Assembly: GCA_963839575.1 (NCBI GenBank)
Contig: CAWIVQ010000003.1
Coordinates: 2,269,378-2,333,377 of the forward strand
Direction: 5' to 3'
Origin: an uncultured Actinomycetes bacterium
GTDB lineage: Bacteria; Actinomycetota; Acidimicrobiia; IMCC26256; PALSA-610
DNA: 64,000 nt
In this document: positions 39,615-50,941 of the stretch, piece by piece
How positions within the stretch are numbered: position 1 is the first letter of the stretch
Layout: each line of letters begins with the position of its first letter
The notes under the pieces: generated by a model
The model's input: only the letters and a program-made list of their open reading frames with translations
What the model was told of the DNA's origin: nothing
Databases searched by the model: none
Made by a program: the position numbers and the translations under genes

Positions 39615-42165
39615 GTGAGCGGGTCGGTCCGGCGGCTCGTGTACCTCGGCGCGCTGGTGCTCGTCTGGTCGTTCATCGTGCGCGCGGTGCTGCGCACAGC
39701 GCGCGTCCGGCGCTGGACGGGCGTCGCGTCGGCACCGGGCTTGTCGTCCTCGGTGAAGGCTGCGCGCACGCTGTTCGTCACGTCGGGGCACGTCGAGTTC
39801 CTGCACGGCCGCCGACGGGCTGCGCATCGCCGCCTACCTCGTGCTGGTCGTCACGTTCGGTGCGATCGTCCGCCAACGACACTCCGACAACGGCCAGGCG
39901 TCGGTGCTCGACGGCGCGATCGTCGGCTGCGCGCTGTTCGCCACGTGCTGGCCGATGCTGGCGTACCCGTCGGCGATGTCGCGCTCGGCCGAGGTGTCGG
40001 GCGGATGCTCGGCGTCGCGCGGCCGTTCCTCGCGATCGTCCTGTGTGCGGTCGGCGTGCGGCTGTTGTTCCGCCACGAGGGCGCGTCGAGACTGCTGTTC
40101 GTCGGCGTCGTCCCGCTCGCCGTCGCCGACCTCTTCGAAGGCGCCGGGCTCACCCACTCGACCGGAACCGGTCACGGCGCTGCTCGAGATCGGCGCGCTG
40201 TTCGCGCTCTCGATCGATCGCGATCGCGGCGCGCCGGGCCAACGGCGGCCGCGACGCGGAGCTCGTCGACATCGATCCCGCGAACCGGCTGCGCGTGCTG
40301 TGCATCCTGACGTCGGTCGCGCTTGTGCTCGGCGATCCCGCTCGCCGACGCGTGGTCGTCCGGCCATCGCGACGTCTCGACGCTGGTGCCGGGCGCGTGC
40401 GCGATCGTCATGTTCGGGCTGATCGCGCTGCGGCTCTGGCACCTCGCCGCCGGCGCGCGCGCGGCGGGTGTGCGGCACGGCCTGCGACGGCTCGGCGCGT
40501 TGGTGCAGGGTCTGAACGACGCGATCTTCGTCGTCGATCGCGCCGGTGTCATCTCCTACGCGAGCCCGCGAGCGAGCGCGATCCTCGGCGTCGACGCCGA
40601 CGAGCTGGTCGGGCGGCGGTTCGACGAATCCCTCGGGGACGGAGAGTCCGATCGGATCGCCCGCCAGCTCCGCGCCTCGGCGCGCGTCGCCGCTCGGCGC
40701 GCACGAGGAGCTCGTCGGCGTCTTCGTCGACGGCGAGGGCGCGCCGCGCGACTTCGAGATGAGCATCGTGAACATGCTCGGCGACAAGGACGTCGCCGGC
40801 CTCGTCGTCACGATGCGCGACGTCACCGTGAAACGCGAGCTGGCGCGCGAGCTCGAACAGCGGGTGTTCCGCGACGACCTCACCAAGCTCGCGAACCGTT
40901 CGCTCTTCCTGGACCGCCTCGACCAGGCGCGGCTGCGCAGCCGCCGCACCGGCGCGGGGATCGCGGTGATGTTCGTCGACCTCGACGACTTCAAGGCGGT
41001 CAACGACGGTCTCGGCCACGCCGCGGGCGACACGCTGTTGTGCGCGGTGTCCGGACGCTCGAGCGAGTGCCTCCGCCCGAGCGACACGATCGCGCGTCTC
41101 GGCGGCGACGAGTTCGCGGTCCTGCTCGACGGTGTCGCCGACGTCGCCGAGGTGATGATGGTCGCGCACCGGCTGCTCGAGGTGCTGCAACTCCCGGTCG
41201 AGATCGACGAGCTGTCGGTGACCGTTCCGGCGAGCATCGGGATCGCGATGGCCGAGCAGGGTCACGCGCACAGCAACCTGATGCGCGACGCCGACATCGC
41301 GCTGTACCGGGCGAAGGAACAGGGCAAGAACCGCATCGCGCTGTTCGACACGTCGATGGGGTGGGAGGCGTACTCGCGGCTGCGCCTGCGCACGCAACTC
41401 GAGTCGGCGATCGAGAACGCACGAGCTGCGCGTGCTGTTCCAGCCGATCATCTCGCTCGGTTCCAACGAGATCGTCGGGGTCGAGGCGCTCATCCGTTGG
41501 GAGCACCCGAAGCTCGGCACGCTCTCGCCGTCGGAGTTCATCCCGATCGCCGAGGAGAGCGCGCTCATCACGGTGATCGGCCGGTGGGTGCTGCAGCGAG
41601 GCGTGCGCGCACGCGGCGCGTGTGGAACCAGGGCGATCGCAGTCTGTACGTGAGCGTGAACGTCTCCGCCCGCCAGTTGCGCGAAGCCGGTTTCGCGGCC
41701 GAGATCGCGGCCGCGCTCGCGTCGTCGGGCCTCGAACCGTCGAAGCTCATGCTGGAGCTCACCGAATCGGTGCTGATCGACGAGGTCGCCGGGCAGAACC
41801 TGGTCGACAACGTCGCGCCGCTCGGCGTCGGGATCGCGATCGACGACTTCGGCACCGGCTACTCGTCGCTCGCGTACCTGCAGCGGTTCCCCGTGAACGT
41901 CGTGAAGATCGACCGCAGCTTCGTGTCGCGGCTGAACGAGGACGGCATGCGCGCGGTCGTGAAGAGCATGGCCGCGATCTCGGCGGTGATGGGCTACACG
42001 AGCATCGCCGAAGGTGTGGAGACGCCCGAGGAGGCCGCCGATCTCGTCGGTCTCGACTACGGCTTCGCGCAGGGCTTCCTCTACAGCCATCCGGTCGGCG
42101 CGGCCGAGATCAACACGCTGCTCGGTGCGACCGGGCCGATCCGGCCGGAGACCGCCGCGCTGTAA
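39615..42165 (+). CDS. polytopic membrane sensor with PAS, GGDEF and EAL domains (at least 8 frame changes; true start may be upstream, as early as about 39463)
   Basis: About 8 hydrophobic segments. NDAIFVVDRAGVISYASPRASAILG (PAS). RLGGDEFAVLL and DIALYRAKEQGKNR (GGDEF). VEALIRWEHP, ELTES, DDFGTGYSSL and KIDRSF (EAL). Confidence 0.75.
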
Positions 42166-42190
42166 CCGGCGCGCCGCGAACTGATCGGCA

Positions 42191-43265
42191 CTAGACGCCG
42201 AACACCTCGACCTCGGTCGCCTTGACCGCGGCCCACACCTCGGTTCCCTCGGTCAGCGCGAGGTCGTGCACTGCCGGCGGGTGTCACCTCGGCGACGATC
42301 GTCAGCGCGCCGACGACACGGACGCGCACCCGGCCGCGCGTGCCGAGATGCTCGAGGCCGGCGACCGTTCCCGGCCACACGTTCCGCGCGCTGCCGCTCG
42401 GCCGCTCGCGGTGCAGCACGACCGCGTTGGGCGGGACGATCGATCATCACGTCGCCGGAATGCGGCTCCGCGGCGGTGACCGATCGTGTCGCCGACCCGG
42501 ACGTCGGTCGCCGTCGGCGACCCCGCGGTAGAGGTTCACGCCGACGAACTCGGCCACGTACTCGGAGCGGGGCCGGCTCGTGATCTCGTCGGGCGTGCCG
42601 GATCTGCACGACCATGCCCTGTTCGAGGATCAGGATGCGGTCGGCGAGCGCGAGCGCGTCGACCGGATCGTGGGTGACGAGGATCGCGCGCGCCGGCGAA
42701 TCGTCCGAGGATCTGCGCCGTAGTTGGCGGCGGGTCTCGGCCCGGGTCTGCACGTCGAGCGCGGCGAGCGGTTCGTCGAGCAGGAGCAGCTTCGGTTCGG
42801 TCGCCAGGGCGCGGGCGAGCGCGACCCGTTGTGCCTGGCCGCCCGACAGTGTCGCCCGGCCGCGCCGACGCCTAGGACTCCGACGCCGACTTCGGCCAGG
42901 AGGGTACCGGCGCGAGCGCGCGCGTCGGCCCGACGCAGGCCGTGCTCGCGCAGTCCGAACGCGACGTTGTCGAGCGCGCTCAGGTGCTCGAACAGCAGGT
43001 AGTCCTGGAACACCACTCCGACCGAGCGCTGTTCGGGCGGGACGAACCGCCCGGCCGCGGGGTCGTCGACGACGACGCCGTCGATGCCGATGCGGCCGTC
43101 GTCGAGCGGGAGCAGTCCGGCGAGGGCGCGCAACAGGGTGGTCTTGCCCGAACCGTTCGGTCCGAGCACCGCGAGCATCTCGCCGTCGTCGACGTGAAGG
43201 TCGGCGACGAGGGAGAACGTCGCCGAGCGCGACGCGAACGGTCGCGTCGACGCTCACAGCGCCGA
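42191..43265 (-). CDS. modC: molybdate-type ABC transporter ATP-binding protein with TOBE domain (about 4 frame changes)
   Basis: [38 protein letters not shown], and a TOBE-like tail [23 protein letters not shown]...[16 protein letters not shown]. Confidence 0.7.
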
Positions 43266-44065
43266 GAGCCAACGGTCGCGCAGGCTCACGAGCACGACGA
43301 GCGAGATCACGAGCAGCACCAGGCTGAGCACGATCGCGGCGTCGGTGTTGCCTTCTTCGAGCTTGACGTAGACGAACAGCGGCAAGCGTCTGCGTGTGGC
43401 CCTGGGCGTTGCCGGCGAACGTGATCGTCGCGCCGAACTCGCCGAGGGCGCGGGCCCAGCAGAGCACCGCGCCCGCGACGAGCGAGGGCCGGATCATCGG
43501 CAGCGTCACGCGGCGGAAGACGCTGAGTCGCGACGCGCCCAGCGTCCGCGCCGCGTCTTCGAACCGCGCGGTCGGCGGTCCGGAACGCGGCTTCGACGGT
43601 GAGCACGAGGAACGGCATCGCGACGAACGTCTCCGCGAGGATCGCGCCGCCGACGTGGAAGGGAAGGTGGACGCCCACGTGGTCGAGGTACTGGCCGACG
43701 AGGCCCTTCTTGCCCAGTGCGAGCAGGAGCGCGATGCCGCCGACGACCGGTGGGAGCACCATCGGCAGCAACGTCAGCGCGCGCACCAGGCTCGCGGCCC
43801 GGGTACTCGACGCGTGCCTGCACCCAGGCGAGCGGGACGCCGAGCACGACCGCGATCGCGGTCGCCGCGATCGACGTCTCGAGCGACAGGCGAAGCGCGG
43901 TCAGCGACTCGTGGGTCGACAAGCACCGACCACGCCGACGACCACGGCGCACGCCAGAGCAGCCCCGCGAGGGGGATCGACGAAGATCGCGGTCGCGAGA
44001 ACGGCGGCGATCACCACGACGGCGGGAACCTGTGCACGCGTCGCTCGAGTCCACGCGGTTGTCAT
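43262..44065 (-). CDS. modB: molybdate-type ABC transporter permease (about 3 frame changes)
   Basis: [46 protein letters not shown] and [16 protein letters not shown]. The TGA overlaps the GTG of the ATPase gene. Confidence 0.7.
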
Positions 44066-44110
44066 CGCCGATGATCCCCTGCGTGATATCCGGACATAGT
44101 CAGGATGAGA

Positions 44111-44646
44111 CTATTGAGGGTCGCCGTCGAGAAGCGAGCGCAGGAATCGGTCGACGGCGAGCGCCTGTTCCCGGCGCCAGCGGGCGAGGACCACGTCGAA
44201 GCCGTCGCCGGTCGGACGGCCCGAGACCGCCCGGACGACGGCGTCGAGGTGCTCGATCTGGCGTTCGACGAGCAGCCGCGACGAGTTGCCGCCGCGCGCG
44301 AGCAGCGCGAGCTTCACGAGGAGCTCGGTCCGCACGTCGCGAACGTGTTCGACCGGCGTCTCGAGCCAGCGGCGCAGCGCGGCCGCGACCGCGCCGCGTC
44401 GCGCGCACGATCGTGCGCTGCGGGCCCTTCGACTCGGTCGTCTCGCCGCACGCCTCGATGTAGCCACCTTCGGTGAGCGTCGCGAGCGAGCGGTAGACGA
44501 TCGGTCGGGGCACGGTCCACACGCGCCCGACCGGACCGTCGGCCCGCAACGCGCGCACGATCGGCCAGCCGTGCGTCGGGTGCTTCCGCGACGAGACCGA
44601 GCACCACCCAGTCGGCGATCGAGAGCTCGGGAAGCGACGTCGCCAC
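44111..44646 (-). CDS. PadR family transcriptional regulator (2 frame changes)
   Basis: LSIADWVVLGLV...HGWPIVRALRADGPVGRVWTVPRPIVYRSLATLTEGGYIE is the winged-helix core. The C-terminal helical domain is in a third frame. Confidence 0.7.
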
Positions 44647-44669
44647 GGCCGGCAACGTACCGGACCCCG

Positions 44670-45065
44670 CTAACGCGCGGGCGTGTTCGTCTTGTCGGCG
44701 GCGATGCGCAAGATGATGCGACCTTTCGGGCCGACCGGATTGCGATACTCGGTGCCGAGGTACTTCCGGGAGAGCGCGTCGATGTGGTCGCGCGCTTGTT
44801 GCCCGTCGACGACGTCGACCACGTGCCCGCGCACCTCGGCCCAGTCCCACGGGTTCTCGGCGCTGTGTATCAGCACGGTGACACGCGGGTCACGCGCGAC
44901 GTTCTTGGCCCGCTGGCGCTGGGGCTCGGTGTTGACGAAGAGCAACTCGCCGTCGGTGTCGATCCACGTGAGGAGCGCCTGCGGCTGCCCGTCGGGCATC
45001 AACGTCACGACGGTGGCGAGGTTCTTGCCCTGCGCGAGACGGACGACGTTCTTGTCGAGGGGCAT
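44670..45065 (-). CDS. PPOX-class (F420-dependent type) pyridoxamine 5'-phosphate oxidase family protein
   Basis: MPLDKNVVRLAQGKNLATVVTLMPDGQPQALLTWIDTDGELLFVNTEPQRQRAKNVARDPRVTVLI. The reading frame is intact. Confidence 0.75.
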   Translation of the reverse strand: MPLDKNVVRLAQGKNLATVVTLMPDGQPQALLTWIDTDGELLFVNTEPQRQRAKNVARDPRVTVLIHSAENPWDWAEVRGHVVDVVDGQQARDHIDALSRKYLGTEYRNPVGPKGRIILRIAADKTNTPAR

Positions 45066-45085
45066 GACGGCCTTCCGGTTGGGGG

Positions 45086-46513
45086 TCAAGAGCGGGCGCG
45101 CAACGCCGGGAGCGCGAGCGAGCTGCCCACGCCCGAGCAGCAACCCGAGCGATCGTTCGAGCTCGTCCAGGACGGTCGTCGAGGGCGTCGACGAACTCGT
45201 CCGCCTGCTCTTCGGTGGTGATGAGCGGCGGCAGGATCTTGAGCACGTTCTGGTGGTCGCCCGCGACCTGCTCAAGATCCCGTGGTCGCGGAACAGGGGC
45301 ACGATGACCATCTGCGTGAAGAGGCCGGTGCGCATCGACTCGAGCAGCGTCCATTGCGCGCGCAGTCGCAACGATCGGGGCCGGCTGAACTCGATGCCGA
45401 TCATCAGGCCCCGGCCCGCGGACCTCGCGCACGAGCTCGTGGCGCTTGGCGACACCGTCGAGACCGGACATGCAGTGACGCGCCGGTCGTCGAAGCCCGC
45501 TTCGACGATCGATTCCGCGTCGATCGTGTGCAAGGTCGCGAGGCCGGCGGTCATCGCGAGCACGTTCTGGCCGAACGTCGAGCTGTGCACGACCGCACGG
45601 TCGATCTTGTCGAAGACGCGTTCGACGATCTCGCTCTTCGCGATCACCGCGCCGACCGGTACGTAGCCACCGGACAGGGCTTTCGCGACCGTTACGAGGT
45701 CGGGTACGACGTTGCTACTGCTCGAACGCGAAGAACGTGCCCGTGCGGCCGAGTCCGGTCTGCACCTCGTCGATCGCGAGGAGCGCGCCGTAGCGGTGGC
45801 AGAGATCGGCCGCGGCGCGCAGGTAGCCCTCGGGGGCGACGAAGACGCCTTTGCCCTGGATCGGTTCGACGACGTAGGCCGCGACGTCGCCGGCCTCGAG
45901 CTGCGCGCTGCAAGCGCGTCGAGGTCGCCGAAGGGCACGCTCTGGCATCCCGGGAGCAGCGATGCCGAAGCGATCGCGGAACTCGTGCGCGCCGTTCAGC
46001 GACAGCGCGCCCATCGTGAGCCCGTGGAACGCGTGGTCGGCGAACAGGATGCGCGAGCGGCCCGTCGCGCAGCGCGCGTACTTGATGATCGTCTCGACCG
46101 ACTCCGCGCCGCTGTTGGTGAAGAAGCAGCGATAGTCGTCGTTCGGCATACGCGCGACGAGCGCCTCCGCGAGCAACCCGGAGAGCGGGGGGCACTCCAT
46201 CTGCACGAGGTTCGGCAGCTCGAGCTCCATCGCGTCGCGGAGCGCCTGCTCGATGCCGGGATGGCAGCGACCGAGCGCGAAGACGCCGAAGCCGGAGAGG
46301 AAGTCGAGATAGCGCCGGCCGTCGCGGTCGAAGAGGTAGGCGCCCTCGGCGCGCACGTAGTCGGCGTCGAACCCGATGCGTGCGCAGGATCCGCGGCATC
46401 TGCGGGTTCATGTAGCGCTCGTGCAGGGCGAATGCCTCGTTGCCGCGCGCCGCGAGCAGGGCCTTGACGTCGAAGGGGTCGACGGCCCGGGGCGCGTCGT
46501 GACGGTCGCTCAT
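45086..46513 (-). CDS. class III (acetylornithine/GABA-type) aminotransferase (3-4 frame changes, including an artefactual TAG at 45715-45717)
   Basis: FFTNSGAESVETIIKYAR, DEVQTGLGRTG and PDLVTVAKALSGGYVP (PLP Lys). The ATG overlaps the stop of the upstream epimerase (ATGA). Confidence 0.8.
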
Positions 46514-47646
46514 CGCTGCGGATCACTCGTCCGGCGCGCGCCGCGGTTCGGTCGCCGCCGCGTCGGTCGCGCAGGTCGATGTCGGCGCCGAGCTTGCCCG
46601 CGGCGCGGATCTCGCTCGCCGGCGCGTCCTTGACGAAGCCGTTGTCGACGAACCACCGGGCGGCACGGCGTCAACGCGGCGCGGGCCGGCATGCTCGTGT
46701 AGCCGAGCTCGGTGCGGGCCCGGCTGGTGTCGTACTCCATGCGGGTCGTCGCCATGCGCACCGGCTCCGACGGCAACGTCGGCTCGCGGTGCAGCACCGA
46801 CGACTGGATCCATTCCGCGCCGCGCACGATCGGGCAGCACCGCTCGTGGCCGACACCCGGATGCGGGGCACGGCGAAGGCCGCAGATGTCGGCGAGCGTC
46901 GCGAGCATCTCGCTGCAGCGACATGTTCTCGCCGCCGAGGATGTAGCTCCGACCCGGTCGCGCCCCGCTGCGCGGCGAGCACGTGGCCGCGCGCGACGTC
47001 GTCGACGTGCACGACGTTCAGCGCGGTGTCGACGTACGCCGGGGATGCGACCGTTCAGGAACTCGACGATCGTCCGACCCGTCGGGCGTCGGCGCGGTGT
47101 CGCGTTCGCCGACCGGAAAGGTCGGGTGCACGAGCACGACCGGGAAGTCCCGCCGCGCCGGCGCGCAACACCTCGTGCTCGGCGAGGTACTTCGAGCGCT
47201 TGTAGTGCCCGAAGAGGTGCTCGAAATGCACGAGCGTGTCCTCGGAGGCGAGGTCGCCCGTCGTCGGCGACGCCGATCGTGCCGACCGTGCTCGTGTAGA
47301 CGAGGCGCTCGCAGCCGGCGCGTTCGGCGGCCGCGGACACGTTCATCGTGCCGCCGACGTTCACGTCGTAGAAGAGGTCGGGGTCGGCGGCCCAGAAGCG
47401 GTAGACGGCCGCGAGGTGGAAGACCGTCGTCACGCCGTCGACGGCGCGGTCGAGTGCCGCGGGTCGCGGACGTCGCCGACGATTCGTTCGACGTCGAGGC
47501 CGGCGAGGTTGTCGTCGTCGCGTGCCGGTTCGCACAAGGCGCGGACCCGATAGCCCGTCGGCGAGCAGCGCGCGCACGACTGCGGAGCCGATGAACCCGG
47601 ACGCGCCGGTGACAAGCGACCGTCTCGGAATCGTGCAGAGCGTCAC
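46510..47646 (-). CDS. NAD-dependent epimerase/dehydratase (SDR, HpnA-like), about 5 frame changes
   Basis: VTGASGFIGSAVVRALLADGYRVRAL, VFHLAAVYRFW, YKRSKYLAE (YxxxK) and NVVHVDDVARGHVLA are spread across three frames. Confidence 0.7.
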   Translation of the reverse strand: MTLCTIPRRSLVTGASGFIGSAVVRALLADGLSGPRLVRTGTRRRQPRRPRRRTNRRRRPRPAALDRAVDGVTTVFHLAAVYRFWAADPDLFYDVNVGGTMNVSAAAERAGCERLVYTSTVGTIGVADDGRPRLRGHARAFRAPLRALQALEVPRRARGVARRRGGTSRSCSCTRPFRSANATPRRRPTGRTIVEFLNGRIPGVRRHRAERRARRRRRARPRARRAAGRDRVGATSSAARTCRCSEMLATLADICGLRRAPHPGVGHERCCPIVRGAEWIQSSVLHREPTLPSEPVRMATTRMEYDTSRARTELGYTSMPARAALTPCRPVVRRQRLRQGRAGERDPRRGQARRRHRPARPTRRRPNRGARRTSDPQR

Positions 47647-47655
47647 CCACGCCTC

Positions 47656-48847
47656 TCATCTACCTCGCAAACGGCGGGGGCACAACTGCTTATTCCGCCA
47701 GAGCGGCCGCCGTGCGGCGGCCGCCGACCAGCCGCGGCCGCAGGCGGCGAGCCGGCGAAGCTCGGGCTCGGTCGGCCAGCCGAAGCCGAGGCGGAAGTGC
47801 CGGTCGTCGACCTCGAACCAGTGCCCGGGGCCGACGTACGTTCCGTGTTCGCCGAGCAGCACTGCGTAGAAGCGGGCGGTGTCGATCGCGGCGTCGGGCC
47901 TGAACCGCACGAGGCCGACCACGCCTCCGGAGGGTTCGATCCACTCGAAGGTGCTGCTGCTCGCGCATCCAGGTACGCACGATCGTCGAGCCGCGTACGC
48001 ACGTCGTCGAGGATCGGCGGCAGGATCCGGGCGCGATCGGCCAACACCCGGCCCGCGATCGGCCTCGTCGATCGTGGCGCCGCAGATGACGATCTGTTCC
48101 TTGGCCGCGAGCAGGGTCTCGGCGAGCTCGCGGGTCACGACAGACCGCCCAACCCGACGCGCAGGCCGGGGAGCCCGTACGCCTTCGACATCGACGAGAC
48201 GCTGATCGCGCGCGGCGACAGCGTGGCCGCCATCGGGAGCGCGGTGCCATGCGTGAGGTCGCGATACGTCTCGTCGACCAGCAAGCACCGCGCCCGATGA
48301 CTCGGCGAGCTCGACCAGTGCATGCAACGAGCGCGAGGTCGAGCATCGTCCCGGTCGGGTTGTGCGGACACGTCACCGAGATCAATCGTGTCGTGCCGGG
48401 TCGCACGAGCGCCGCGAGCCGCTCGAGGTCGAGTCGCCAGCCGTCGTCGAACGCGAGGTCGACGACTTCGAGATCGGCGCCGATCGCGCGCGGCGTCTCG
48501 AGGTTGGTCGCGTAGTTGGTGCGCACGACCACTGCGTGGTCTCCGGGCTCGAGGAGCGAGGTCGCGGTCGCGAACAGCGCCGCCGCCGCGCCGGGTGTGA
48601 CGATGACATCGTCGGGCCGCAGGCCGTCGCCGCCCGCGGCGACGGCTTCGCGCAAGACGGGATCGCCGAGATGGTCGCCGTAGCGCAGCAGCAGGTCGTC
48701 GAGCGCGGCGACGGGACCCGCACCCCGGTCGGCGTCCCAATCGATGTCGAGATCGGAGAGGCGCCGGTCGGCGACCGAGCTCTCGGAGAGGTTGTTCGTG
48801 ATGGTGTCGTATCCGAGTTGCTCGGGTGACTCGACCTCGATGGGCAT
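47656..48847 (-). CDS. class I/II PLP-dependent aminotransferase (about 4 frame changes; 3' end uncertain)
   Basis: MPIEVESPEQLGYDTITNNLSESS, NPTGTMLD, SSMSKAYGLPGLRVGW (PLP Lys) and RLGFGWP. Confidence 0.7.
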
Positions 48848-48904
48848 CCGGCGGTAGCGCACGGCGCCAGCTTGGCAGGTCGCGCTCGCCAACTCGTCGG
48901 CGAT

Positions 48905-50122
48905 ATGCGAACATATGTTCGTGTCTGCTCGGGAGCCACGATCCTGCATGCCGATCTCGACGCGTTCTACGCATCGGTCGAGCAGCGCGACGACCCGCGC
49001 CTGCGCGGCCGGCCGGTGATCGTCGGCGGCGGAGTGGTGCTGGCCGCGAGCTACGAAGCCAAGGCGTTCGGGATCCGCACCGCGATGGGCGGCCGGCAGG
49101 CGCGCCGCCTGTGTCCGTGGGCGATCGTCGTCGAGCCCCACTTCTCCGCGTACGTCGAAGCGAGCAGGGCCGTGTTCGCGGTGTTCGACGACACGACGCC
49201 ACTCGTCGAGGGGTTGTCGATCGACGAGGCGTTCCTCGACGTCGGCGGGTTGGGCAAGGTGTCAGGGACCCCGGTCGAGATCGCGACCCGGTTGCGGCGC
49301 GAGGGTGCTCGAGCGGGTCGGACTCGCGATCACCGTGGGCGTCGCGCGGACGAAGTTCCTCGCCAAGGTCGCGAGCGCGGTGGCCAAGCCCGACGGTCTG
49401 CTCCTGGTGCCCGCCGACGCGGAGCTCGCGTTCCTCCATCCGCTGCCCGTGCAGCGGCTGTGGGGCGTGGGTGCGGTGACGGCGCGCAAGCTTCACGACC
49501 GCGGGATCGTGACGGTCGGCGACATGGCCCGCCTCGACGAGAGCGGTGCTCGTCGCGATGCTCGGCCGCGCAGTCGGTCGCCAGCTGCATGCGCTCGCGC
49601 ACAACCGTGATCCGCGGCCGGTGCGGGTCGGGCGGCGGCGCGGCTCGATCGGATCCCAGCACGCGCTCGGTCGCGCCGCAGCCCCGACGGTCGCCGGAGG
49701 AAATCGACGCGTCACTGGTCGCGCTCGTCGACCGCGTCGCCCGGCGGATGCGCGCCGCCGCGCGCGTCGGCCGCACGGTGGTGGTCCGCTTGCGCTTCGG
49801 CGACTTCTCCCGCGCCACGCGCTCACACACGCTCGCGCACGCGACCGCGCACACGGGGACCATCCTCGCAACCGCCCGCGAGCTCCTGGCCGGCGCAATG
49901 CCGAGGATCGAGCGTGACGGGCTCACGCTCGTCGGTGTCGCGGTCGGCAACCTCTCCGACGACCGGGTGGTGCAGCTCGCGCTGCCGTTCGATCGTGCGA
50001 GCGGCGGCGCGCTCGACGCCGCGCTCGACGGCGTCCGGGCCAAGTTCGGTACCGCGTCGGTCACGCGCGCCGTGTTGCTCGGTAGACACACCGGTGAACC
50101 GGCCCCGATGCTCCCCGATTGA
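48905..50122 (+). CDS. dinB: DNA polymerase IV (Y-family), 2-3 frame changes in the middle
   Basis: ILHADLDAFYASVEQRDDP, SIDEAFLDV, ITVGVARTKFLAKVAS, LPVQRLWGVG, and a little-finger region in the original frame. Confidence 0.85.
   Translation: MRTYVRVCSGATILHADLDAFYASVEQRDDPRLRGRPVIVGGGVVLAASYEAKAFGIRTAMGGRQARRLCPWAIVVEPHFSAYVEASRAVFAVFDDTTPLVEGLSIDEAFLDVGGLGKVSGTPVEIATRLRREGARAGRTRDHRGRRADEVPRQGRERGGQARRSAPGARRRGARVPPSAARAAAVGRGCGDGAQASRPRDRDGRRHGPPRRERCSSRCSAAQSVASCMRSRTTVIRGRCGSGGGAARSDPSTRSVAPQPRRSPEEIDASLVALVDRVARRMRAAARVGRTVVVRLRFGDFSRATRSHTLAHATAHTGTILATARELLAGAMPRIERDGLTLVGVAVGNLSDDRVVQLALPFDRASGGALDAALDGVRAKFGTASVTRAVLLGRHTGEPAPMLPD
48908..48921. promoter_or_regulatory. LexA SOS box CGAACATATGTTCG
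   Basis: Perfect palindrome matching the Gram-positive/actinobacterial CGAAC-N4-GTTCG consensus. It overlaps the first codons of dinB. Confidence 0.8.
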
Positions 50123-50136
50123 CGTGAGTCCTGGCG

Positions 50137-50877
50137 TCAGGCGTCGCCCGTCTTCGAGGCCGTGGTGAGCGCATCGGTCTCGAGGGTTCCGTCGACGATC
50201 TGGCCGGCCGTCTGGCCGAGGAGATGGTTGTGCGAGCGGGCATAGCCGCGCAAGAGCATGAACGCATCATCGATGTCGACGCCGTTGCGCTCGGCGATGA
50301 TGCCCTTCGCCTGCTCGATCACGATGCGCGATTCGAGTGCGGTCTCGAGTTGCGAGGTAACGACGCGCGCGTCGGTCACGGCGCGTTCTTGGAGGATGCC
50401 GATCGTGGCGATGTCGGCCAGGGCCTGCGCGACCAATTGGTCGCCGACACCGAGAGGCGTGGGGCTGGACGAGAAGACGTTGAGCGCGCCGATCAGTTCG
50501 CTGCGCAGCCGCATCGGCAAGGCCGACACCGATGCGAACCCGGCCTCGTGTGCATGAGGGGCAAAGTGTGGCCAGCGGGCGTACGCGTCGTCGTCGAGGG
50601 CGGTGTGTATGGCAACGCCCTCTCGAAACGCGTCCAGGCAGGGCCCCTCTTCGTGTTGCAGCTCGAATATCTCGATGAGACGCATCCGTTCACTCGACGA
50701 CGCGACGTAGTGCAGGGTGTTGTCGCTGTTGGCCAGCATGATGCCCGCCTCGGACACGTCGACGAGATGGACGCAACGCGTGGCCAGCCGGTGGAGGAAC
50801 TCGACGATGTCGTACTCCTCGACGATCGTGTCCGCGAACTCGATGAACGCAGCGAGCAAGTTCTCTTCTCGGTCCAT
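50137..50877 (-). CDS. GAF plus ANTAR domain RNA-binding regulator
   Basis: Intact from ATG 50877. GAF region AGIMLANSDNTLHYVAS...GPCLDAF. ANTAR region ALESRIVIEQAKGIIAERNGVDIDDAFMLLRGYARSHNHLL. Confidence 0.85.
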   Translation of the reverse strand: MDREENLLAAFIEFADTIVEEYDIVEFLHRLATRCVHLVDVSEAGIMLANSDNTLHYVASSSERMRLIEIFELQHEEGPCLDAFREGVAIHTALDDDAYARWPHFAPHAHEAGFASVSALPMRLRSELIGALNVFSSSPTPLGVGDQLVAQALADIATIGILQERAVTDARVVTSQLETALESRIVIEQAKGIIAERNGVDIDDAFMLLRGYARSHNHLLGQTAGQIVDGTLETDALTTASKTGDA

Positions 50878-50941
50878 ACGTCCCGCCCCCTTTGAGGTCC
50901 TGAGAACGACTTCAGTGTGTGAGCACGTTTCGAATTCCTTG

